From a virus: DNA of 64,000 bases. Positions 34,935-43,909 of the stretch are shown one piece after another. The translations under genes were made by a program, and so were the position numbers. Position 1 is the stretch's first letter. Every line of letters starts with the position of its first letter. The notes beneath the pieces were generated by a model. That model had not been told where the DNA came from. It was given only the letters and a program-made list of their open reading frames with translations, and ran no database searches. The stretch lies in the IMG/VR virus record IMGVR_UViG_3300027741_002766, positions 1 through 64,000 of that record; one strand, written 5' to 3'.

Positions 34935-35818
34935 TATAATCTTTTGACTTTTTGATTGTGTGCAAACTTAAAATTATCACCTAATTTGTAATCATTGATC
35001 CAGTTCACAGTGTCTCTAGAAATAGAGATTTTGGGTGCAACTTTTTGCAAGTACTCCAGGTGTTCAACAGGTGTTGGATGATAATCTCTTTCAACTTCAA
35101 AAAAATCAAAAGGAAATATCTCTTTGATTTCTCGTATTATACTGTGTTTATGCCCGACATACCAATTTATATCACATGCTTGTTCAAAAGTTGGCCAATC
35201 GGGTCCGGCACATGATTCATATCTTTTTTTCAAGTTCTGGTGTTTGGACTCAATTAGTTTTTTGGAAAAATCACTCTTTCTGCTGCCCCAATTGTAATCA
35301 AAAATAATTTCCAAGTAACTGGGGCATATTTTATCTAGCACATCCGAATACAACTCAATCACATCCGGGTGCTCGGTCTGATTTTTATTGGTCATGTTGA
35401 ACTCAATTGGTACTACAGAGAAAAAGTTATATTTGCATCCAATGTTTTTTAGCAATAGATCAGTTGCTGTCATGAATGCTAAATCTCTGATCAAGCAGCC
35501 ACGGTCAGTGACAAATTCATTGACCCAGGATTTGGGGTAGACTGCTGTGGTAAAGATATTTCCGGCTGCCAACCACGAATCATTTAGGTAACGATCTTCT
35601 CTTGTGACATTTGACCAACATATCATCACAATATCATCTTTGTTGATGTGATTTCTCTGATGGCACTCAATGAGGCTATTGAATATATAATGATTTCCAC
35701 TTCCAGCATTGCCCCAATTTTCAAAATAGTCATACTCTCGTGCCACGATGTCGGCCCAGGTAGGCCACTGGTACTCAGTAAAACTACATCCAAATGCAAA
35801 AAATCTTTTGTTGTTCAT
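34934..35818 (-). CDS. SGNH-like protein (tandem copy A)
   Basis: FGCSFT..WPTWAD, GSGN, DYHPT; near-identical to its neighbour. Confidence 0.7.
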   Translation of the reverse strand: MNNKRFFAFGCSFTEYQWPTWADIVAREYDYFENWGNAGSGNHYIFNSLIECHQRNHINKDDIVMICWSNVTREDRYLNDSWLAAGNIFTTAVYPKSWVNEFVTDRGCLIRDLAFMTATDLLLKNIGCKYNFFSVVPIEFNMTNKNQTEHPDVIELYSDVLDKICPSYLEIIFDYNWGSRKSDFSKKLIESKHQNLKKRYESCAGPDWPTFEQACDINWYVGHKHSIIREIKEIFPFDFFEVERDYHPTPVEHLEYLQKVAPKISISRDTVNWINDYKLGDNFKFAHNQKVKRL

Positions 35819-35821
35819 GAT

Positions 35822-36691
35822 TCATTGATTCTTGTCTATGTCTAGTTCATACTGTGTTAACATATTTTCAACAGTATTTCTATCAAATCCAATCTCATTG
35901 AGAAAATAAATAAATTCAGTCAAATCTTTGCCCAGTCTGCAGACATCCCTATGTATGCCAAACGTTCTCATATTTGGCCAAGTATGGACGTCGGTCAATG
36001 TTGATTTGTCCAAATTTCTTTCAGTATTCCAAAAAGTTACATTGGGCACTGATCGAGATTGCAATTGATTTCCTGCATATTGTGAGAAAATAGAGTATAA
36101 GAAAATTTCACTAGACCACCACTCTTTTTTGTCAAAAAACAAAGCCAGGATGTCATGCTTGACAATTTCTCGAACGATGGCAGTATCAACCATAAACGGG
36201 GTTGACGAATTATATACCTTTTTGGGAATAGGTATGTTATTTGAAATACAAAATTTATCAATCTCAACCCAACCTCTATTATCGTAGTCTTCAACAATGC
36301 CGTTGCCATCTGTTATTGGCCAATCATCCAACAACTGCGGATGCACAAAAAAGTTTTTGCTGTCCAGCATGAGATATTTCTCTGATTGAACTTTGGTGGC
36401 GGCCAACAGTTTCAGCACTGCCGATCGGTGCCAGCCATTTTTTCTACGGGAATCATTTGCATAACAGTCCGGCGGTAACAAAGAGTTGCCTGCTATCAAG
36501 TGCAGCCGATGATGTGTGTAGTAAGGACTCAAGGTATCATACCAGGCCTGTAAACCAAGTTGATTGTCCTCAATGAGGATATAATGATCGCAAGGCGCTG
36601 TCAACATCAAATCTATGCTGTAAGATTGCAACTGTTGTATGCCACGATCTCTTGTGCAGGTCACTGTGACTAAATCTATATTGTTATGCAT
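35822..36691 (-). CDS. DUF6492-like putative glycosyltransferase
   Basis: VTCTRD, GW....LKL, LDSKN, TPF, SEIFLY. Confidence 0.6.
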   Translation of the reverse strand: MHNNIDLVTVTCTRDRGIQQLQSYSIDLMLTAPCDHYILIEDNQLGLQAWYDTLSPYYTHHRLHLIAGNSLLPPDCYANDSRRKNGWHRSAVLKLLAATKVQSEKYLMLDSKNFFVHPQLLDDWPITDGNGIVEDYDNRGWVEIDKFCISNNIPIPKKVYNSSTPFMVDTAIVREIVKHDILALFFDKKEWWSSEIFLYSIFSQYAGNQLQSRSVPNVTFWNTERNLDKSTLTDVHTWPNMRTFGIHRDVCRLGKDLTEFIYFLNEIGFDRNTVENMLTQYELDIDKNQ

Positions 36692-36784
36692 ATAATTTGA
36701 TAGAGGTATTATAATTTTGTTTTATTATTTAAATATGATTATGATCCAATTTGGGTTTCATTGCCTGATTCATATCAGATAATA

Positions 36785-37759
36785 TCAGTCATAAAATACA
36801 TCAAAAGATGTATCTGTCATTTCTATCAGAACATTATAATTGTGTTCTAATATTGGTTTCATGTCATGATACATGGATTCCAACTCCACTGTGGACATTT
36901 TGCTTAGACTATTGATATTTCTTAAAATAGTGTTGATTCCTAATAGACCGCCATCTTCGTCATAACTTTCATCCCACCATTTGTCAAAAGTTTTAAATCC
37001 CAGTCGGTGTAGATTTTTTAAAAAATTCACTGGCCCCTGTATCATAAAAGGTGTTTGGCAGGCAAAAGGTCGCCAGGTTTTTTCGGTTGGATAAAAAGTA
37101 CGTCCTGCAGAATATGTTTCACAAACAATTTCTAAGAAAAATTTAGGATAATGTTTGTTTATTTCAAATTGAAGATCCGCAAAAACCGGCACTGTTGCAA
37201 CTGGTTCAATTTCAATCGGTGAGCAATTTAGCAATTGAACTATAGAGGAGAAATTGCACTGGCCGTTCAACTCGGTACACAATCTATCCATACCCAGATG
37301 CGATCTAAGAAAATCGTTTGTGGGATCGTACAAAAAGGTCTGTAGTGTTTTGTCTCTATATTCAGCAAACATCTCTGCTGAGATCCAAAGGCGTTGCCAA
37401 TTTGATCTTCTTATAAACAGTCCAAAATGTTTTATTTGATCAAAATCTTTTTTTATATAATTATGAGATTTGACAAATTGCTGAATTTGAGACACGTACA
37501 ATGGGGTAAGTTTTGTCACCTGATAGTGAGGATGTTTTTCCAATAGATTTCTTGTTTGTATAGTGACCAACTGTTTGTTTATATTGAATTTGTCGCACAC
37601 ATAATCCAACACCGAGTATAGTCCCAGTTCTGTGGCGTCGGGTCCTTCATCATTTAGATCAATTACAATTTTGCCCTGTGTTTGAAATTCATGTATGATG
37701 TCGGCTATCAAGAACTGTAAATTCCAGATATGTTGATCAATGTTTGGCATGTTAATCAT
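36785..37759 (-). CDS. TEK-motif glycosyltransferase-like protein
   Basis: FLEIVCET...PTEKTWRP...GFKTF..WDESYD. Confidence 0.6.
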   Translation of the reverse strand: MINMPNIDQHIWNLQFLIADIIHEFQTQGKIVIDLNDEGPDATELGLYSVLDYVCDKFNINKQLVTIQTRNLLEKHPHYQVTKLTPLYVSQIQQFVKSHNYIKKDFDQIKHFGLFIRRSNWQRLWISAEMFAEYRDKTLQTFLYDPTNDFLRSHLGMDRLCTELNGQCNFSSIVQLLNCSPIEIEPVATVPVFADLQFEINKHYPKFFLEIVCETYSAGRTFYPTEKTWRPFACQTPFMIQGPVNFLKNLHRLGFKTFDKWWDESYDEDGGLLGINTILRNINSLSKMSTVELESMYHDMKPILEHNYNVLIEMTDTSFDVFYD

Positions 37760-38463
37760 AGTAATTGTTTGATCGGTGGCAGTATTAGATCAGCAAATTC
37801 TTGGTAAACCTCTCTACTGGGATGTGTTTTGTCTTCGTCCCAAGAGTTGCGTTTTTCAGCAAGATCCAGTATGTAATGATCGGTATAAGCCCGGCTCCAG
37901 TCCACAAGATTACGTAAATGACTGTAACGATCCAGTATGCGAAATGGGCGACCAAACACAAACAAGTAGGGTATTCTTTTGATTTGCAAAAAACTTTGTA
38001 GACTTATCAATTTCATAGTGGCATGATACATGTGTTCACTGGGCCCAGCATAACGATAAAATCCTCCAAAGGCATCATTGAGTGCAGTGTCTTGGTCGCC
38101 ACAGGTTGATATGCCGCAGCCAAATATCCAGTTGCGTTCAACATAATCTTGATCGTTTATGGGCTCTACAATTTTTTCAGGCCAATCGTTTTGTCGATGT
38201 TGATGTTCACTGGTGAATATAGTTCCAGCAAATTGTGAGATATCTTGAACTTTGTAATCAAAACGTATGAATGGTGTCCATTGTATCAGTACCAAGTCAT
38301 AGTGTCTTTGCGCCAGTTCGGCAATGGTGGTTTCATGTACGTAATTATTGCCTGCACCACTTTGACTTAGATTAACCAAGTTGGCTTGCAATTCAGACTC
38401 AATGAAATAGGGCCATGATCCTGGTCCTCGGCTTAGACTTCCACCATTGGCTAGTATTTTCAT
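37756..38463 (-). CDS. SGNH-like protein
   Basis: NGGSL, GAGN, DKTHPS. Confidence 0.6.
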   Translation of the reverse strand: MKILANGGSLSRGPGSWPYFIESELQANLVNLSQSGAGNNYVHETTIAELAQRHYDLVLIQWTPFIRFDYKVQDISQFAGTIFTSEHQHRQNDWPEKIVEPINDQDYVERNWIFGCGISTCGDQDTALNDAFGGFYRYAGPSEHMYHATMKLISLQSFLQIKRIPYLFVFGRPFRILDRYSHLRNLVDWSRAYTDHYILDLAEKRNSWDEDKTHPSREVYQEFADLILPPIKQLL

Positions 38464-39539
38464 TGATAAAATTCCGTTAACATACTGCGTGATATTTTGC
38501 CTGCGCTGTTCACTGGTATTGTATCTACTTGTAAGACCAGTTTGGGACTGCAATGCGAATCGATGTCATTGATGGCTTGTCGCACCTGTTGTTCAGTGGC
38601 TGTGCCAGTGTACACACACATCACGCGATTTTTTCCAAAAACTGCCGCTTGCGCAATGCCTGGCACATTGTTGTACAATTGATTTTCAATACTGAGAGGA
38701 TCTATCTTGTAACCACGAATGTCAATTCTGTCTTTTTGTCGTCCAATGATTTTGTAGTAGCCTGCTGAATCTTGATCAGCAATATCTCCTGTGGCAAACC
38801 AACCGGTTATATGAACACTCGGGCCTTGTATTTCTAGTTCTCCGTTGACAATCCTTGCTTGTATGCCTGACGGCAAGCCCACTGTACCAATTCGCTGTTC
38901 TCCGTGCAATGGATTGGTGAAACAGTGACTACAGGCTTCTGTCATGCCAAATGCTTCAATTACCGGACGTTTGCTCCAGGCTTTTAAATCATTGTACAAT
39001 TGATCTGGTAACGCACTGGATGCTGACCTAACAAAACGCAAGTCAGGAAAATGTTGTCGCATGAACAGTCTTAAAAAATCTGGTATAGCACTAATTATAG
39101 TAGGGCTAAAATCAATCGAACTGCGTAAGTCATGTGGCTTGATATAGGTCACTTCGCATTTGGCTTGTTGTGCGGCCCAGTACATGCCTAAGCCGTGTGC
39201 ATGCCATAGCGGCATGATGCTTAGGTAACGATCATTATGATCAATTTCGTAGGCAGTACAAATTGTTCTAGCCAGTGCATCCAACTGCGTTTGAGAGAAA
39301 CTACAAAACTTACTGTCTCCAGTGGTGCCCGATGTATACCACAGCGCCGAATCTGAATAATCCCCACCCGAGCGTTGTGTTGTACCTGTGTCAGTGACCA
39401 ATAATGAATAATCAGAGTTGTCTAGTAAGTACTTTAATCTGTCTGTAGTTGTAGACGGATTGACAATCATGATACTATAATTTCGATATTGGGGAATATA
39501 CAGTTCAGGATTTTCTACGCATAAAACCACTCTTTTCAT
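38460..39539 (-). CDS. AMP-dependent ligase (acyl-CoA synthetase-like adenylation enzyme)
   Basis: YTSGTTGDSK, FGMTE, WFATGD, GR.KD, NSAGKI. Confidence 0.9.
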   Translation of the reverse strand: MKRVVLCVENPELYIPQYRNYSIMIVNPSTTTDRLKYLLDNSDYSLLVTDTGTTQRSGGDYSDSALWYTSGTTGDSKFCSFSQTQLDALARTICTAYEIDHNDRYLSIMPLWHAHGLGMYWAAQQAKCEVTYIKPHDLRSSIDFSPTIISAIPDFLRLFMRQHFPDLRFVRSASSALPDQLYNDLKAWSKRPVIEAFGMTEACSHCFTNPLHGEQRIGTVGLPSGIQARIVNGELEIQGPSVHITGWFATGDIADQDSAGYYKIIGRQKDRIDIRGYKIDPLSIENQLYNNVPGIAQAAVFGKNRVMCVYTGTATEQQVRQAINDIDSHCSPKLVLQVDTIPVNSAGKISRSMLTEFYQ

Positions 39540-39542
39540 GTG

Positions 39543-39776
39543 TTATTGATCAGTTGCTGTCTTTTCAGAGGTTTTGCCCCACATGATACGATTCCATGCT
39601 CGTTCATGAAAGTAATACATCACACTGTTGACCACAAGAGCAAAACTTACTACACCTAGTCCTACCCATGGATTACCACTGGCGATCCAGCCGCCAAAGA
39701 AATTAGTAATTGTTACTAATATTCTCCAGGTAACTACCTTACCTAAAGATCTTATTGTGTTTTCTAACCAATTCAT
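39543..39776 (-). CDS. DUF2061 membrane protein
   Basis: RSLGKVVTWR...YYFHERAWNRIMWG. Confidence 0.8.
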   Translation of the reverse strand: MNWLENTIRSLGKVVTWRILVTITNFFGGWIASGNPWVGLGVVSFALVVNSVMYYFHERAWNRIMWGKTSEKTATDQ

Positions 39777-39777
39777 A

Positions 39778-40704
39778 TTACCATCCTTCTTGTGTTCTAA
39801 TTACATCAATCTCCCGAACCATGACACCTTGATTATGCCAGTTGCTACGATAGTGATGTTTAAAAAATCTGCTGGCTTCGGCTGTGAGCATGTGCATGGG
39901 CAAGTCAAGTTGTATGGCCAGATCATCTGCCAAGCGATTAGCAATAATTTCAGGTTGATCGTTCTCCACTGTCTTGAAAAGTTCAGCCAAGGCCTCAAAG
40001 TTTTGTACCTGTGTGTAATCCCAGTTGGTGAGCATGGTCATGTATGTGCCTTGACGTGCGCCAGCAATGGCCCAGTAGCCATAGTCTACATCACCGCCCA
40101 CATTGTGCCATATGGTCAAGTGATCTAGATTTCTCTGATGTACACGATCACGAAATTCACTTGCAGTGGGCCGTGCTCCGCGATTCAAACACATTTTGAC
40201 ACCTTCGCGGAATCCGGCACGCCAGGCCTGGAATGCTGAACCATTGGGATAGGTTACACTATAACAGTCATGCATGCTCCAGTAAAGCGGATCAAAACAA
40301 AATTCCACTTGTGTTTCTGTTGTGCCATCTGTGTTTTCATGTGTGCGCATGTTCATCACGTGCTCACGAGTCCATGAACTCAAGCCACCATTGCCATACA
40401 TCAATCCGTTGACATGATTACGTGCTCGCCAGCGGAACACAGCCTTTTCATATTCAGGTGTAGAAAGATCAAGCGTTTGGTTAAAAAACGCTGGGTCGGG
40501 GAGATTATCTCCATCCACGAGGATAAATCGCTCGGTGTCAGAAGCCCGGGCTGCGGCTTTATGTGCCGCATCGCTTCCACGTATATTGCTGACCCGTCGG
40601 GCCCAAGGCACCATGTTCTTAATCTTGACCCAAAATTCTTCTTGTTGCGGTTCATCATAACTTAGGTAAATGCAGTCCAAATCTGCTATGTCAATCTTGC
40701 TCAT
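39778..40704 (-). CDS. GT-A-like putative glycosyltransferase
   Basis: YLSYDE, AHKAAA, VDGD (DxD), YGNGG, AWRAGFREG. Confidence 0.6.
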   Translation of the reverse strand: MSKIDIADLDCIYLSYDEPQQEEFWVKIKNMVPWARRVSNIRGSDAAHKAAARASDTERFILVDGDNLPDPAFFNQTLDLSTPEYEKAVFRWRARNHVNGLMYGNGGLSSWTREHVMNMRTHENTDGTTETQVEFCFDPLYWSMHDCYSVTYPNGSAFQAWRAGFREGVKMCLNRGARPTASEFRDRVHQRNLDHLTIWHNVGGDVDYGYWAIAGARQGTYMTMLTNWDYTQVQNFEALAELFKTVENDQPEIIANRLADDLAIQLDLPMHMLTAEASRFFKHHYRSNWHNQGVMVREIDVIRTQEGW

Positions 40705-41032
40705 GTTGTTTTGGTTTCCATCTTTGATGAAGTTCTCCTGGACCAACTACCACAGCCGCATCATTGATGTGGCAAGGTGTTCCTTGATCACTGGGTACCA
40801 GTTTAGGTGGCATGGGTCGGGCACGTGGTTTTAACACACCATCAATCACACGCACCTGCAGGTCCTGTAGTGCAAACTGTTCAGGGGAGACTTCAATATA
40901 CTTACCGGGCTGATCCTCGTGGCTGTAAAACAATGCTCGGCCCAAATCATCATAGTACAGTCTGTAGTAAACGGTCTTCTCTCGGGGCCACTCAATGGCC
41001 TTCCAAAAATCCAAAAACTCTTGTTCATTCAT
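40691..41032 (-). CDS. hypothetical protein
   Basis: Coupled ORF in the operon. Confidence 0.75.
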   Translation of the reverse strand: MNEQEFLDFWKAIEWPREKTVYYRLYYDDLGRALFYSHEDQPGKYIEVSPEQFALQDLQVRVIDGVLKPRARPMPPKLVPSDQGTPCHINDAAVVVGPGELHQRWKPKQHEQD

Positions 41033-41759
41033 GTCGCCAATCCTTCACATGATAGTGTACTGCACCCCATTGGGTCACTGTGTTAAATCTTAGCGGATTG
41101 TTTTCCCACACCAATTCCTGCGTCCAGTTGTATGTTTGAGTTGGGATCATATGGCGTTTCATGTGTACTATTCTTGGATACGTGGCAAATGGCAAGGTAA
41201 CCAGTTCAGGTCCTATGATCTGTGCGGCCATGGCATACACTAGATCGGTAGAAGCCTCTTCATCTGGAAACTTCAACAAGGTTCGGTACTCAGTCCAATT
41301 TTCAAATATATTACGCACCAGTCGAAAGAAGTCTTGTGCTGTTGGGCTCACACGCCAGTATGTGATAGCATTGTACACGTCGGGCAGGTGATTGGCATCG
41401 AACACTTTTCTATAGAACCTACTTTCAGCAGGTTGGTCATAAAAGTCCCTAGCACCTGTGGATATCACAAGGTCTCTGTGTTCGAGCATGGTCCACCAAT
41501 GATCAACGGGACTGGCTATGATCATGTCTGCTTCTAGTTTGATAGTTTGTCTGTAGGGACTGGCCGCAAAGCACTGCCAATCATTAGCAAACCCACCTTG
41601 ATCTCCATTGGGTAACTGTTCCTTGGTTAGTATGGTTATGTTGGCTTCAGGATGATGTTGGCGTATGCTGGCAGCCAACTGATCAGCACAGGACACATAG
41701 TCTGTTGTGTCAGTGTTGACAGCCGGTATGAGGTAACCACGTTCAGCGAGAATTGGCAA
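41025..41759 (-). CDS. GT8-like putative glycosyltransferase
   Basis: SPYRQTIKLEAD, HMK, HYH; paralog of the adjacent gene. Confidence 0.6.
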   Translation of the reverse strand: MPILAERGYLIPAVNTDTTDYVSCADQLAASIRQHHPEANITILTKEQLPNGDQGGFANDWQCFAASPYRQTIKLEADMIIASPVDHWWTMLEHRDLVISTGARDFYDQPAESRFYRKVFDANHLPDVYNAITYWRVSPTAQDFFRLVRNIFENWTEYRTLLKFPDEEASTDLVYAMAAQIIGPELVTLPFATYPRIVHMKRHMIPTQTYNWTQELVWENNPLRFNTVTQWGAVHYHVKDWRHE

Positions 41760-42549
41760 CTATGTCTCCCAAGTGCTTTTTGCCCATGGCATGAAAAGAT
41801 GTGCCGGCCCAGGCTATCTTTTTGGGACGTTTGTCATCTATATATTCAATTTGAAAGAAGTCTTCATCCAGTTGAGTAAGTGTGTGCTCGGGCATGACAC
41901 TGGCCAGGCGGAATGGTATGTTGTCTACTTGTAAAGTATGACCACTCACAATGCCCAAGGCAATACTGAGTGCATAGTCATTGCGATAGTTAGAGCCAGT
42001 AATGTGATAGAGATCTTTGTAGTGGCGCCAGTTGTTTTTGATCATGTTCATTGAATCAAAAATGTATTGTGCTGTGTTTGATTTTCTAAACATCATCACA
42101 GTAGCCCACCACATGGGCATGCGATTGGCACCAAACCAGTTGAGACCATCAAAGTCATTCATGCTGGTCATGTCCCAGGCAAGTCTATGGCACATGAAAT
42201 CTTGTGGGCTTTCGATTACAGTCTTTAACTCCGTGCCGCACACCACATAGTCAGCGTCTAATACTAGAGTTTGGTCCCAAGGCGAGAGTCGATATGCATC
42301 AGTTCTACCTGCGTTGTGCCAAGACACAGTCGCTTGATAATCCTCAAACCAACGTGTTCCTCCGGAAACTGGCGCCGCATTAATGACTTGATCTGCACCG
42401 ACAAGTCGTGGATCTGTTGGATCTGCGTCTGTGACGATGGCCACTGGAATGTTGAGGTGCCTATGAATTCGTTTAGCACTCCACCCAGCCATAGCAACGT
42501 AGTCGGTTTGTTCATTGTCAAACGCAAATATCAATGCGCCTGTGGTCAT
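41743..42549 (-). CDS. GT8-like putative glycosyltransferase
   Basis: SPWDQTLVLDADY (DxD), RNDYA, HAMGK. Confidence 0.65.
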   Translation of the reverse strand: MTTGALIFAFDNEQTDYVAMAGWSAKRIHRHLNIPVAIVTDADPTDPRLVGADQVINAAPVSGGTRWFEDYQATVSWHNAGRTDAYRLSPWDQTLVLDADYVVCGTELKTVIESPQDFMCHRLAWDMTSMNDFDGLNWFGANRMPMWWATVMMFRKSNTAQYIFDSMNMIKNNWRHYKDLYHITGSNYRNDYALSIALGIVSGHTLQVDNIPFRLASVMPEHTLTQLDEDFFQIEYIDDKRPKKIAWAGTSFHAMGKKHLGDIVANSR

Positions 42550-42854
42550 CGCTTGCGACTCTGTTCTTCATATTCTACCAGCCAGGCATTCATTTGTTCT
42601 TGCCAATGGCCATGTGCCCGAGCAAATAGTTCAGGCACATTCACACGCACGGGAGTCTCATACAAGTCTAACAACACAACATCCGTGTCTTGAGCACAAC
42701 TAAGTAGAGTACATTGTAAGTCAGGGCCTGCTCGCCACATGCCACCGCCATGAGCAAACAACATCCGGGCTTCGTACTTTTCTTTTAGTACACGTCGTGC
42801 GGCCACATGATCAAAACGTGCTCGTGCATGAGCAATTAGTGCATCGGTATTCAT
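42546..42854 (-). CDS. hypothetical protein, first gene of the modification operon
   Basis: 102-aa ORF directly after a promoter. Confidence 0.75.
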   Translation of the reverse strand: MNTDALIAHARARFDHVAARRVLKEKYEARMLFAHGGGMWRAGPDLQCTLLSCAQDTDVVLLDLYETPVRVNVPELFARAHGHWQEQMNAWLVEYEEQSRKR

Positions 42855-42860
42855 TGTGCG

Positions 42861-42894
42861 ATTATAAAAGAAAAAGAGGTAGAAGTCTACCTCT
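42861..42894 (-). terminator. terminator of the structural operon overlapping a sigma70-like promoter
   Basis: AGAGGTAG/CTACCTCT hairpin with T tract on the - strand; TAGACT-N17-TATAAT (42889-42861). Confidence 0.65.
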
Positions 42895-42913
42895 CAAATA
42901 CCCAAATGTAATT

Positions 42914-43897
42914 TTAAGGACCGCTGGAGTTGATAGTTGGTGTGCCCCAGGTGTTACTCAAGTATGTTGTCGATGGTGGAATATAGGTACACAACACTGT
43001 AGGTGCTGTGCCTGTAATTGTGGTTGAGGGGCTGTTTGTTGCAGTGCCACCTGAAATGTTATTTGTTTGTCCTGCACCCGAAACTGCTGGTTGGCTCCAG
43101 GTGATAGCCAGTGTCAAATCGGTTGCACTGCCCGCTGCCGCAGTGACTGTAATAGTTTCACCAGTGTACGGAGAGGTGTCATTGGCCAACAAGAATATGG
43201 TCACTGGGGTTGATGTCAACGCATAATATCCTGTGGATGTGGCCAAGGTGGTTTGTGTGCCGCCTGTGCCGCCAATTCTGGTTGTGCCTGTGTAAGCAGT
43301 GCCGGCAATGGTTTTGCTGGCCGCCGCTCCAGTAATATAAATTGATCCAACTTTGGCAACAAAAGCATTCCAATCTGGGTCAATGTCAGTGCCAGTTGAT
43401 GTTTTACTCATTTGCAGTCTAATACGACCACCGGCATTAAAGAAATAACGTGTCTGTGCGGCACTAGGAAATGTTATGGTCTGGTTCCAAGTAAAGGACC
43501 AGGATGTGGTGCCCCCACCGGTACCAGTGGTTTTAGAAACAGTGCCAGTCCATGTTCCGTATTCTGTGCCCACTGCCACGGCATTGTTACGGTTGGTTGT
43601 ACAGTTGTTGATGTCGGTTTGCACATTGGCCAAAATACCAACTATGTTGCCGGTAACAGGTGCTGTTCTTGATGTTATGGTGGTATTGGTTTGACTGCCT
43701 GATGTGGCCAAGTTGTTGACCAAGGTGGCCCATTGTGTGGCTGCCACAGTATTGCCTGTGGTTTGTGCTACAAAAGCAGTTTGTCCCCAGCCTTTGTCAC
43801 CTGAGCCTGTTGACCAAATGTCATTCAAACCACCTGCTGTGGTGGTAAATGTGTTGTAGTCTGCGGCAAGTATTTGTGATCCTGATGAGTAAGTCAT
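42914..43897 (-). CDS. Thr/Gly-rich virion structural protein
   Basis: GWGQ...W..LVN, RYFFNAGG motif; structural context. Confidence 0.7.
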   Translation of the reverse strand: MTYSSGSQILAADYNTFTTTAGGLNDIWSTGSGDKGWGQTAFVAQTTGNTVAATQWATLVNNLATSGSQTNTTITSRTAPVTGNIVGILANVQTDINNCTTNRNNAVAVGTEYGTWTGTVSKTTGTGGGTTSWSFTWNQTITFPSAAQTRYFFNAGGRIRLQMSKTSTGTDIDPDWNAFVAKVGSIYITGAAASKTIAGTAYTGTTRIGGTGGTQTTLATSTGYYALTSTPVTIFLLANDTSPYTGETITVTAAAGSATDLTLAITWSQPAVSGAGQTNNISGGTATNSPSTTITGTAPTVLCTYIPPSTTYLSNTWGTPTINSSGP

Positions 43898-43909
43898 TGT
43901 TATATCCTG

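Noticed and set aside
36692-36790. Short - strand ORFs between the TEK and DUF6492-like genes
   Set aside because: Only 5-14 codons with no RBS; at most a decayed remnant.
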